The position numbers and the translations under genes are program-made. Below the pieces are notes generated by a model. The model was not told the origin of the DNA, did no database searches, and saw only the letters and a list, made by a program, of their open reading frames with translations. From Candidatus Doudnabacteria bacterium (lineage in GTDB: Bacteria; Patescibacteriota; Doudnabacteria; UBA920; VMFF01): a stretch of 64,000 bases of DNA. Shown in pieces: positions 1 to 9,252 of the stretch. The stretch covers positions 453,358 through 517,357 of the forward strand of contig JAQBQP010000002.1 in the NCBI GenBank assembly GCA_028286905.1. Direction: 5' to 3'. Each line of letters opens with the position of its first letter. Positions within the stretch are counted from its first letter, which is position 1.

Positions 1-192
1 TTTTATCAAAACGATAAATATCATTACTCGATTAGCTATCCAGACCTTTGGTATCTAAACGATACCTTCGCTAATGATGACTTTAGCGGCCGAAATGAAG
101 AGAATCAATGCATCGGCGGCGATCTAAATATTACTAACCAAAATCCGTTATATTCCAACAAAGAACAAGCAATAGCCGCAGACAATTTAGTT

Positions 193-462
193 ATGTATAT
201 CTTTAAAGTGAATCCTAAAACAACTTTAAAAGGATTTGCAAAGCTTTATTTTAAAAACGATACTGCGATCACTACATCTGAATTTTCTTTTAACGGCACC
301 CCTGGTTTATTGATTTATACTACTACTCCAGATAATGACAACAAATCAATTACCCAAACCTGGGCGGTAACGAAACGCGATAATCAATTGTTCTTATTTG
401 GCTCAAGCAATGATAAAAATGCATTTAACAAAGTTATTAGTAGTTTTAAATTTATTCAATAA
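193..462 (+). CDS. hypothetical small protein (89 aa)
   Basis: ORF-track ORF at the window edge. No recognisable motifs. Confidence 0.3.
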   Translation: MYIFKVNPKTTLKGFAKLYFKNDTAITTSEFSFNGTPGLLIYTTTPDNDNKSITQTWAVTKRDNQLFLFGSSNDKNAFNKVISSFKFIQ

Positions 463-504
463 TTAATGCTGTACTTAAACAATAATTCTTTGTAGACTAA
501 ATAT

Positions 505-1137
505 ATGAAAATAACAAAAATTGGCCATTGCTGCTTAATTATCGAGACCAAGGGTAAAAAAATTGTTACCGACCCTGGGTCTTATACAATTGAAGCAAAT
601 GCTAAAATCGAAAACATCGACTACATTCTCTTCACCCATGAACACCAAGATCACTACCATCTTGAATCATTGAAGGAAATGATGACAAAAAGCCCCCAAG
701 CAGTTGTATACTGTAATGATTCTGTTGCGGCATTATTAAAGACAGCGAACGTCCCGCATACTCAAATTAACCACAACGATACAATTTCCCTTGGAGAAAT
801 TAAAGTTACCGGCATCGGAGAGAAACACGCGATATTACACAGTTCAATTCCGGTTACTTCAAACATTGGCTTCTTAATTGATGACAAACTTTGGTATCCA
901 GGTGATAATTTCACCAATCCAGAATTAGAAATAGAAGTTTTGGCTTTACCAGCGGTAGCACCTTGGTTAAAATTAAGCGAAGTAATTGATTATGCAATTG
1001 CTTTAAAGCCTAAAATTATATTCCCTGTTCACGACAGCGGTGCGCACAGTTTTATGCACCTAATGCTCGAGAAAATACTTAGCAGCCATGATCTGGAATT
1101 TGTGCCAATGTCCGAAAATGATGTAAAAGAGTTTTAA
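505..1137 (+). CDS. MBL-fold metallo-hydrolase
   Basis: The THEHQDH motif is the H-x-H-x-D-H signature of the metallo-beta-lactamase fold. The 210-aa ORF is followed by a hairpin with a T-run at about 1140-1175. Confidence 0.7.
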   Translation: MKITKIGHCCLIIETKGKKIVTDPGSYTIEANAKIENIDYILFTHEHQDHYHLESLKEMMTKSPQAVVYCNDSVAALLKTANVPHTQINHNDTISLGEIKVTGIGEKHAILHSSIPVTSNIGFLIDDKLWYPGDNFTNPELEIEVLALPAVAPWLKLSEVIDYAIALKPKIIFPVHDSGAHSFMHLMLEKILSSHDLEFVPMSENDVKEF

Positions 1138-1172
1138 ATAAAAATTCCCGCCTAATCACAAGGCGGGAATTT

Positions 1173-1727
1173 TTATTGCAATTCTGCTTCTGGTTTTAAA
1201 TGATCTTTAAAGTTTTTATAGAGTTTTTGAATTTTGGGATCAATAACCAACTGACAGTATGGATTGTTTGGGTTGCGCTTATAATAATCCAAATGATAGT
1301 CTTCGGCAGAGAAAAACTTCGTGAATGGTTCTAATGTTGTAACTATTGGATCAGAAAAATCCTTTAAGTGGTTTTGAATTGATTTTTCTGCCGCTTCTTT
1401 TTGCATTTGGTCGTGAAAGAATACTGCCGAACGATACTGAGTGCCAACATCGTTACCCTGTTTGTTTAATGTTGTTGGATTATGGGTTGCAAAAAATACA
1501 TCTAAAATATTTTCAAAGGAAATTATTTCAGGATCATACTTAATCTGAACCGCTTCGGCATAAGGCGTATTGCCCATGCTAACGCGGTCGTAATTAGGAA
1601 TTTTACCGTCATCTCCGGCATATCCAGAGAGAACTGATTCCACACCCTTTAAACGCTTAAAAATCGCTTCTGTGCACCAGAAACAGCCGCCTGCCAATGT
1701 TGCTACCTCGACTTGGTTGCTATTCAT
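1173..1727 (-). CDS. msrA: peptide methionine sulfoxide reductase MsrA
   Basis: N-terminal GGCFWC catalytic motif typical of MsrA. Length 184 aa. Confidence 0.85.
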   Translation of the reverse strand: MNSNQVEVATLAGGCFWCTEAIFKRLKGVESVLSGYAGDDGKIPNYDRVSMGNTPYAEAVQIKYDPEIISFENILDVFFATHNPTTLNKQGNDVGTQYRSAVFFHDQMQKEAAEKSIQNHLKDFSDPIVTTLEPFTKFFSAEDYHLDYYKRNPNNPYCQLVIDPKIQKLYKNFKDHLKPEAELQ

Positions 1728-1897
1728 AGTACTCCTTTTATTACGGGTGAACTAAATTCAAATTAAATATATCATAATTATTATATATCGTCGTGCGCTT
1801 CTTCGACGTAATTCTAAGTTGTGATAAAGGCTGCCCACCAATCCAGAATTAAAAAATCCGCCCCGACTTAGTCGGAACGGATTTTGAGCTGTAAAAA

Positions 1898-2266
1898 CTA
1901 CATGCTTGGCTGAGAAGGAGAAGACATTTTGCTTGTTCCGAAACCTAAGTACAAAAGTACTAAAGTCAAAACGATGTGCAAAATATTGTCAGCCATGTTT
2001 ACATTGATCAAGCTAGTCATCAAAGATGGGGTCACAAAACCAAGGATTGTAACAAGCGCGTAGATAACACCAAAAGTCTTTGCAGCCATTTGGGCAGCGT
2101 CTTCACTCTTTGAAGCTGCGAAGATAAGCAAAAGACCAGAAATTAAGTGAACTAGGTTGTGTACCAAATTTGTACCAAAGATACCCAAGATTGGCATACT
2201 AAAAAAACCAAGGATACCTACTAAAACAAATACTACACCTAGAATCATAACTGCTTTTTTAAGCAT
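1898..2266 (-). CDS. small integral membrane protein
   Basis: The 122-aa ORF is almost entirely hydrophobic helices. Confidence 0.4.
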   Translation of the reverse strand: MLKKAVMILGVVFVLVGILGFFSMPILGIFGTNLVHNLVHLISGLLLIFAASKSEDAAQMAAKTFGVIYALVTILGFVTPSLMTSLINVNMADNILHIVLTLVLLYLGFGTSKMSSPSQPSM

Positions 2267-2412
2267 AATTTTATATAAATTTTAATTTTTACCAAATAAG
2301 AAACTTATAAATATGGCGTTCGACCTACGCTTTTCATAAATTAAGCATAATACATTTAAACAAATAAGTAAATTAAGAATTATACTTAATGTATATACAA
2401 AAAGTACAATAT

Positions 2413-3984
2413 TTATGCCAATTCTTCCCCAAAAACCTCTAAAGCTATACTAGAGGTGTCTGAGTTTTCCGCAGCTTCTACTTTCTCTAAAATTGTAGTC
2501 AAACGGAATTTGGTATTAAAATGACCATTCATTACACCCAAAAACGTGCTTTTATTTTTATAGGCATCCAAACTATCTTTATGAAATTTATAATTAAAGG
2601 CAATCACAATTATATTTTGTTCAACGCTTTTTACCTGAGCGCTTTTCATTACAGTCAGCAAAGTACTAGCCACCGCGCGCACCTTCTGCATTAGCTCCGG
2701 CCAGGCCAATAAAACCTCTTGGTAAGATACTATTTTCAAATCTGCGAAGTCTTGATCTGATTCTTCCTCTAAATTTTGTTGCACCACGGGCTTAAAAGAT
2801 TCTTCTTCTACAAAATTTGTTGAGTGCTGAGGCTTCGCAGCTGATGCAAGTGAGCTGACCGGCGTGGTTTTTACACTGGCGGTGCTTTGTAACGATGCCG
2901 GCATGGCATTAAGCTGCTGCCCAAGGCAGGCTTCAGCTGCTGCAATCTCCACTGGCAGTTCAGAATTCGGACTAATTTGAAAATCTTTATTGGCGCGCAA
3001 AAACAATCGAATAATAAATAACAACTGGTTCGGTTTAATCTGTTCTACTTGGCGATTTAAATTTTTAATTTGATTTTGGTCAAAAGCGAAGTTAATATTA
3101 CCGCCTAGCGATACTAACAAAACTTTTCTTAAATATTCTAGAAAATCTTTATTAAACTGAATTGGGTCTACTCCCCCAGCAAACTGCTCTTGTAAAAAAT
3201 TTAGCGCTTTTGCAGAGTCTTTTACAACTAGCAAGTCTAAGAAGTTTTGTGCAGCCAGTATATTTGTTAAACCCAAAAGTTTTTCTGCCTGAGCAATATC
3301 AATATTATCAAATGTAGAAAGTTTGTCTAAAATGGAAAGCGCGTCACGTACGCTCCCCTCTGCGCTGTTCAAAACTAGTTCTAAACTAGCGTCATCAATT
3401 TTAATTTTCTCTTTTTTTGAAATGTCTTTTAAATGCGCGAGCAGCTTTTGGTTGTCGATTTTTTTAAAATCAAAGCGCTGCGTTCTTGAAATTATTGTTG
3501 CTGGCACCTTATGTATTTCTGTGGTGGCTAAGATGAACACCGCGTGCTGCGGCGGTTCTTCTAAAGTTTTCAGGAGCGCGTTAAAAGCCCCTTTTGAAAG
3601 CATGTGCACTTCGTCGATAATAAAAACTTTGTACTTTGATTGGGTTGGACTAAACTTCAAATGTTCAATTATCTCGCGAATGTTTTCAACTCCGGTATTT
3701 GAAGCAGCGTCGATCTCAATCAAATCTAAACTATTATTTTCCAAAAACTGTTTGCAAATTGCACAGTTATTGCAAGGTTCACCATTTTTTTGCTCTGGAC
3801 AGTTTATTGCTCTAGCTAAAATTCGAGCGACTGATGTTTTACCTGTACCGCGAGTGCCTGTAAACAAATAGGCATGTGCAAAACTCCCGGCTGCAACAGC
3901 CTTCTGTAGAGTTGTTTTGATATGTTCCTGGCCAATTACTTCTGCAAAGTTTTTAGGCCTATAATTTCTGTATAAAACCGGCAT
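2413..3984 (-). CDS. dnaX: DNA polymerase III subunit gamma/tau
   Basis: Walker A GTRGTGKTS. A zinc-binding Cys cluster (CPEQKNGEPCNNCAICK). The overall clamp-loader AAA+ layout. Confidence 0.85.
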   Translation of the reverse strand: MPVLYRNYRPKNFAEVIGQEHIKTTLQKAVAAGSFAHAYLFTGTRGTGKTSVARILARAINCPEQKNGEPCNNCAICKQFLENNSLDLIEIDAASNTGVENIREIIEHLKFSPTQSKYKVFIIDEVHMLSKGAFNALLKTLEEPPQHAVFILATTEIHKVPATIISRTQRFDFKKIDNQKLLAHLKDISKKEKIKIDDASLELVLNSAEGSVRDALSILDKLSTFDNIDIAQAEKLLGLTNILAAQNFLDLLVVKDSAKALNFLQEQFAGGVDPIQFNKDFLEYLRKVLLVSLGGNINFAFDQNQIKNLNRQVEQIKPNQLLFIIRLFLRANKDFQISPNSELPVEIAAAEACLGQQLNAMPASLQSTASVKTTPVSSLASAAKPQHSTNFVEEESFKPVVQQNLEEESDQDFADLKIVSYQEVLLAWPELMQKVRAVASTLLTVMKSAQVKSVEQNIIVIAFNYKFHKDSLDAYKNKSTFLGVMNGHFNTKFRLTTILEKVEAAENSDTSSIALEVFGEELA

Positions 3985-4010
3985 AAATCTATTATAGCAC
4001 CTAAAGTTTT

Positions 4011-4463
4011 TTAGCGAATAGTTGGCAGCTCACTCTTCTTAAAAACAACGAGCTTATAGCCAAAAAAGTTCCAAACTAAGCCAATTGCGGTACCGCAAAG
4101 CGCGCCGAACCCTGGCCAATAAACAGCCAAGCTCTCCGGATGGCCAATGTATTTAACTACCAGAGTAGCCACGCCAACATTTATAAAAAATCCGATTATA
4201 CTAACAATAAAAAATTCACTTAATTCCACAACCTCATTTTGCTTGCGACTCCCAGCGAAGGTCCAATATTTATTCATGAAATAGCTGTTTACCAAAGCAA
4301 TGACGAAAGATATCGATTTAAATACTATATAATAAATGCCATCTTTACCTTTTCCGCCACTAAGCCCAATTAGCAAATATAAAATTACCAGATCAATTCC
4401 GGTATTAATTATCCCAACTATAATGAAGCGAAAGATCTGTTTCGCTAATTGTTTATCAATCAT
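4011..4463 (-). CDS. GtrA-family membrane protein
   Basis: About 150 aa with 4 TM helices and a layout like GtrA/polysaccharide-synthesis flippase-associated proteins. Confidence 0.45.
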   Translation of the reverse strand: MIDKQLAKQIFRFIIVGIINTGIDLVILYLLIGLSGGKGKDGIYYIVFKSISFVIALVNSYFMNKYWTFAGSRKQNEVVELSEFFIVSIIGFFINVGVATLVVKYIGHPESLAVYWPGFGALCGTAIGLVWNFFGYKLVVFKKSELPTIR

Positions 4464-4484
4464 AGGTTTTAGGTGCTACTTAAA

Positions 4485-5117
4485 TTAAACTTCGTCCATT
4501 TCGTGCTCTTCTGGATTTGTAGCGCGTTTTGGAGATTCAGAATCATCGTTAAGTTCAAAGTCGGCCGGATGATCGCCAGGATTTTTAATAACATTTTCTA
4601 CTGCTGCCCAATTCGAATCTGAATCTTTTGGCACCACAATAGTAACTTGGTCACCAACATCAGCTTTAAAATAAGTTAAAGATGCTAGTAAAACTTTATA
4701 AGCTTTTCCGTCGGCAATAATTTTGTGGTCGCCCTTGTCATCTTTAGTTAACAAGCCAATGATTTTTCTGCGTTCAATTGGACCAATTTGTTTGTAAATA
4801 AAGGAGCCATCTTCGCTGATGGTTAACTTCAAAACATCGCCCTCGATCAATTTGCTCTTAGAGGCATAGTTCGCTGGAACTGGATATTGCTTGCCGTCCG
4901 GCCCAATCATGTTCTGACCATCAAAAACACCTTCTACTACCTTACCGCCATCGGATACCGAAAGCATCTGAGCTTTCTCAGTAAATTTAGCGCTTTGATC
5001 AAAGCTTAATTCTTTTCCGCCCATCATCTCCTTTAATAACTGTTTCGCAGAACGAATATTCTTTTCCGCTGAATCAATCATCTGGACGATAAGGGCCAAA
5101 TTCGATAATTTATCCAT
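4485..5117 (-). CDS. hypothetical protein (210 aa)
   Basis: ORF track. Sits immediately upstream of the T4SS-like ATPase on the same strand. Confidence 0.4.
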   Translation of the reverse strand: MDKLSNLALIVQMIDSAEKNIRSAKQLLKEMMGGKELSFDQSAKFTEKAQMLSVSDGGKVVEGVFDGQNMIGPDGKQYPVPANYASKSKLIEGDVLKLTISEDGSFIYKQIGPIERRKIIGLLTKDDKGDHKIIADGKAYKVLLASLTYFKADVGDQVTIVVPKDSDSNWAAVENVIKNPGDHPADFELNDDSESPKRATNPEEHEMDEV

Positions 5118-5275
5118 AATTTCCTTATATTTATTTTAAATTTATTTTTGTTTGCGTTTGGCTATATTTAGCCTGGGACCGGCCTTTTGTTTTTATATCA
5201 AATAGATCCGTTCTTAACAATGTATATTATAACACAGGTTTTATGAAGAATAGGTGAAGAGTTGTCCCCTGCTGT

Positions 5276-7786
5276 TTATAACCCTTTTTCAACCGCGGCA
5301 GGGCCTGCAGACATGAATTCAGCCACCTGGCTGCTCTCTAACAAATTTGCTTCCACTTCTTGGCGTGAGCGGCCAAACTTTAAACGTGAAAGCTGTCGAA
5401 TAGCATTAGCGATCTCTTTAGAGCCTCCTGCAGGTGGTGGTAAGGTTCCAATATTAAAAGGCTTTGATGCAGTGCCTTTTACCATTAATTTTACGTACGC
5501 ATTAAAACGATCGATGTTAACCAAATCAAACTCATTAAAGACTGGGGCAAATTCTTTAGCCATAACTTCGGCATCTTCAACTCCAATACGGAAAGCTATT
5601 TCAGTACCGACGTTTCCGAACACCGCATCGCGAACATCTTTGCTACCTGCACCAGCCGCTCCCGCGCCTTGTTCCAATTGTCCTAAATATTGGTGGGCAA
5701 TAATTAAGTTCAAGTGATATTTTCGGGCTTCTGAAAGAATTGATGAGAAAGCATCTGTAATAAAGTTTTGGAATTCGTCGACATACAGATAAAAATCTTT
5801 ACGATCATCTTCATTTGGAATATCTGTTCTAGAAAGCGCGGCCATCTGTAATTTAGAAACGATCATTAAACCTAAAAGCTTGGCATTAATTTCGCCGGTT
5901 TTGCCTTTTGCCAAATTTACCAACAAAATCTTTTTATTATCCATGACATCACGGAAGTCAAAACCGGATTTTGATTGACCAATAATATTACGGATCATTG
6001 AATTTTCCACAAATCTTCCCACTTTTGAAATTAAATAGCCAAGCATTTCGGATTTATGAAAATCGGAAGTCTTTGCCATTTCTTTTTCCCAATAATTTCG
6101 AACAACTAGGTCCTTAACCTTGGAAACTTTATATTTTTGGAATTCCACATCGGTAAAAATTCTTGGAATATCTGCAATTGTCCCTGGGTGCTCATCATCT
6201 GCCATTAAAGTCAGCATCGCGTTACGCATGTTGTGTTCGAACATCGGACCAAGCATTGCTGGATCTGTCACTAACTTATAGAAAATTGAAATCATCTCCT
6301 GAACAGCAAAATCTTTTTGTTCTTCGCTTTTTACTTCCAGAATATTCAAACCCATCGGTCGGTCCAGATCAAACGGCTCAAAAAGAATTACATCTTCAGC
6401 GCGCTCTTTCGGAATATGCGGCAAAATATGTTCGATCAAATCACCATGCGGGTCAACCACACAAACGCCTTCGCCGTTAATGATGTCCTGGATTACCATG
6501 TTTTCCATCAAAACTGATTTACCCGAACCAGTACGGCCAATAATGTACATATGTTTGCCGCGGTCTTCTCTGGCAATTTTTATTTCGGTTTTAACATTGC
6601 GGAAATTATTTATTCCCAACAAAGTTCCTTCGGTAGCCAGGTTTGTAGGTGCCGGCGCTTTTTTGGATAGCAGCCATTTAATATTTGGCGTTTCAACAAA
6701 CGGTGTTGGCAAATGCCAAATACTTGCCAACTCTTCAGTATTTAAAATAGTTTCTTTACCGTAATCATTAAAAACACGGAAAATGTAATCCAATAAAATG
6801 CTTTTATCGTTGCGCTTTTTAACTTTGAAACCATTAAAAGGCGGCATCGAATATTGCATGAAAGAGGATAGCAGGTTGCGCATATGCAAATCGGCGCTAG
6901 TCATATCCGTAGCAGAAGTAATAATTCGAAGATTAGTTTTGAAGCCCGGCCTGCTGGCCTTTTCTTCTAAGCGCTTAACGATATCCTGCTGCATCGGCGT
7001 TAAATTTATCGGACTATGTTGGCCCGTTAAATCTTTGTGGTCGTGAGACTTGGATTTATTTGAAGAAGAAAAAATATCATGAATCGCACGGGCAAATACA
7101 CCCTTCTCTACTAATGAAGGGTTTTTGCCTTGCTGAATTTCTAAAGCCATATGCCTTGGCTTACTTTGCCAGGAACTACCCGCCGGACTAACAATAAGCT
7201 GAATAACCGCGCCTTCATTTTGATCCATCTTAGACATTGCACTGGTAATCGCATTTAAAGGATCCGATTCCATTAGCTTGTAGGTGCGAAATGGATAAAC
7301 ATAATTCTTTTGTAAGACTAATTCTGCGGTAGACTGAACTGTTTTTGGCGCGAAGGGGTTGTAACCATGTACTTTCTCAATTTGAGCTTCCGGATATTGG
7401 CCATGCACTTGCTTTTCAATTAAGTCCTTAAGCTCGTTTGAGCAGTTAATATAAAAAGAAATTTTCTTATCAACAGCTGCTATTTCGAAAGAAATGTAAT
7501 CATGGTGGCTAAAAAAGCCTTCTTTTCTGCCAGCTTCTGCTAAAGTGGTATAAATTTGTTCAGCAACAGCAATCATCTGCTTCTGATGTTCTTGATCTCG
7601 GTTTTTATCACCTTCTGCGATTTGTTTTGGTACTTGAATTTCAAAAAATACCGAAGTTTTCAAACGTGGCATTACTAATTTAGAAAACTTCCGATGACGT
7701 TTCCAATAATGCCAAACGACAATAAAAAACCCTACAACCGCAATTGCAAGGATTAAATATAAGATTAAAAGTGTAGTTGAGTTCAT
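5276..7786 (-). CDS. T4SS coupling-protein-like ATPase (TraD/VirD4/TraG-family; membrane-anchored)
   Basis: N-terminal TM helix. Walker A GRTGSGKS. A long AAA/HerA-FtsK-like ATPase body, 836 aa. Confidence 0.55.
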   Translation of the reverse strand: MNSTTLLILYLILAIAVVGFFIVVWHYWKRHRKFSKLVMPRLKTSVFFEIQVPKQIAEGDKNRDQEHQKQMIAVAEQIYTTLAEAGRKEGFFSHHDYISFEIAAVDKKISFYINCSNELKDLIEKQVHGQYPEAQIEKVHGYNPFAPKTVQSTAELVLQKNYVYPFRTYKLMESDPLNAITSAMSKMDQNEGAVIQLIVSPAGSSWQSKPRHMALEIQQGKNPSLVEKGVFARAIHDIFSSSNKSKSHDHKDLTGQHSPINLTPMQQDIVKRLEEKASRPGFKTNLRIITSATDMTSADLHMRNLLSSFMQYSMPPFNGFKVKKRNDKSILLDYIFRVFNDYGKETILNTEELASIWHLPTPFVETPNIKWLLSKKAPAPTNLATEGTLLGINNFRNVKTEIKIAREDRGKHMYIIGRTGSGKSVLMENMVIQDIINGEGVCVVDPHGDLIEHILPHIPKERAEDVILFEPFDLDRPMGLNILEVKSEEQKDFAVQEMISIFYKLVTDPAMLGPMFEHNMRNAMLTLMADDEHPGTIADIPRIFTDVEFQKYKVSKVKDLVVRNYWEKEMAKTSDFHKSEMLGYLISKVGRFVENSMIRNIIGQSKSGFDFRDVMDNKKILLVNLAKGKTGEINAKLLGLMIVSKLQMAALSRTDIPNEDDRKDFYLYVDEFQNFITDAFSSILSEARKYHLNLIIAHQYLGQLEQGAGAAGAGSKDVRDAVFGNVGTEIAFRIGVEDAEVMAKEFAPVFNEFDLVNIDRFNAYVKLMVKGTASKPFNIGTLPPPAGGSKEIANAIRQLSRLKFGRSRQEVEANLLESSQVAEFMSAGPAAVEKGL

Positions 7787-7831
7787 TTATTTTTTATTTT
7801 GATTTTGATTTTGAGTTTTTGAACGATCTGG

Positions 7832-8236
7832 CTATTTATTTTCTTCGTCTGAGTTCTTACCAACGAATTTTAGCATGTCATTTACTAAGTCATGCGGGTC
7901 TTTGTTAAATATTTCTGATTCAGCCGCCGGATCCTCGCCATCCCCAATCACCTTTTCAATCAGCTGAATCGTGTCGGATTTAGATGTAGTATCTGCAGAG
8001 ATATGGATTTCTGAACCTTGCAAAGGCACTTCTTTTTCGATAAGCCTACCATCAGCGCTAAAAATCGGCACATTTGATGGTTCCTCGATTGAATAATGCT
8101 TTACCGGCTCAGGAGCTGGCACTTCCAGTTTTTCTGAACGATCTAGTCTTGGCTTAAGTGAAACTTCTTTTTCTGTTTTACTTAAGTCTAATTTTTCGGA
8201 TTTAATTTCTTCTGGCATAATTTCCTTATTTAACAA
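7832..8236 (-). CDS. hypothetical acidic protein (134 aa)
   Basis: ORF track. Highly acidic and low complexity. Confidence 0.35.
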   Translation of the reverse strand: MLNKEIMPEEIKSEKLDLSKTEKEVSLKPRLDRSEKLEVPAPEPVKHYSIEEPSNVPIFSADGRLIEKEVPLQGSEIHISADTTSKSDTIQLIEKVIGDGEDPAAESEIFNKDPHDLVNDMLKFVGKNSDEENK

Positions 8237-8327
8237 TATTATAACACTAATTTGCCTTTAAGTTAACATCGAATTATAATACAAATGAAGTTAGTTGTAA
8301 AGACTGAAACAAAAACTATAAAACTAG

Positions 8328-9248
8328 ATGAGTTTAAAAATAATCCATACTAAAAATCTTCGTTGGATTGATATCATGAACCCAGGTAAGGAGGAGATCG
8401 ATTACTTAAAGAAGAATTTCGATTTTCATCCATTGGACTACGAGGACATTTTAGGCAATTCCCAACATACTAAAATGGAGACCCACAAGGACTACAGCTT
8501 GTTGGTGCTTCTTTTTCCGGTTTATAATCGCCAAACTAAAGAAATTTCTCCCGGAGAAGTAGATTTTTTCGTGGGTAAAGATTATTTAATCACAATTCAT
8601 GATGGTGCAATGTACACTTTGGTGAAGCTAGTGAACAGTACTCATACGGAATTAGCAAACCGCCAAGAGTTCATGTCCAAGAACTCCGGATATCTGCTTT
8701 ACCAAATTCTTGAGTCTTTATTTAGACGCAGCTTTCCAATTCTGGATCATATCAATAAGGATATGAATGAGATTGAAAAAAATGTTTTTTGGGACTTAAG
8801 CTTACGAATGTTAGAGAATATTTCTTTAATGAAAAGGAATATAATTGATTTTCGCAGAATAATGAAAACTCACCACTTGGTGATCAAACGTTTAATTCAG
8901 AAAAAAGAAACTTACCTAACTTTTACGGACAGCAAAGTTTATTACAGCAATCTTTTAGAACATTCGGAAAGCATTTGGGATATTTTAGCCATTCAAAAGG
9001 AAACAATTGAAGCGCTTCAAGACGCCAGCACTTCACTAGCGACCAACCGCTTAAACAAAACTACAAAAATAGTAACCATTCTATCGGCATTGTTTCTGCC
9101 AGCCACATTTGTTATGTTTATGTTTGGAGTAAAGACCGCAAGTTTGCCACTTGAACACAATCCTTATGGCTTCGAAATAATTGTGGCGATTTCTGTTGGC
9201 AGCTCGGTACTCACTTACATATTGTTCAAAAAGAAGAAATGGCTTTAA
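8328..9248 (+). CDS. CorA-like divalent cation transporter (MIT superfamily)
   Basis: Soluble N-domain followed by two C-terminal TM helices. The usual GMN motif position reads FGVK, which is atypical. Confidence 0.5.
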   Translation: MSLKIIHTKNLRWIDIMNPGKEEIDYLKKNFDFHPLDYEDILGNSQHTKMETHKDYSLLVLLFPVYNRQTKEISPGEVDFFVGKDYLITIHDGAMYTLVKLVNSTHTELANRQEFMSKNSGYLLYQILESLFRRSFPILDHINKDMNEIEKNVFWDLSLRMLENISLMKRNIIDFRRIMKTHHLVIKRLIQKKETYLTFTDSKVYYSNLLEHSESIWDILAIQKETIEALQDASTSLATNRLNKTTKIVTILSALFLPATFVMFMFGVKTASLPLEHNPYGFEIIVAISVGSSVLTYILFKKKKWL

Positions 9249-9252
9249 ATCT

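Noticed and set aside
3323-7046. Antisense ORFs inside dnaX (3323-3871) and inside the T4SS-like ATPase (6163-7046, four ORFs)
   Set aside because: They are fully embedded antisense to long ORFs that have clear ATPase motifs. Their composition is low-complexity and Ser/Leu-rich, typical of shadow frames.
9181-9252. Overlap of cysS with the CorA-like gene implied by the ORF track
   Set aside because: cysS most plausibly starts at the in-frame ATG at 9253 (MKFSFYN), a typical CysS N-terminus. The 24 upstream codons are read-through of the CorA C-terminal region in another frame.
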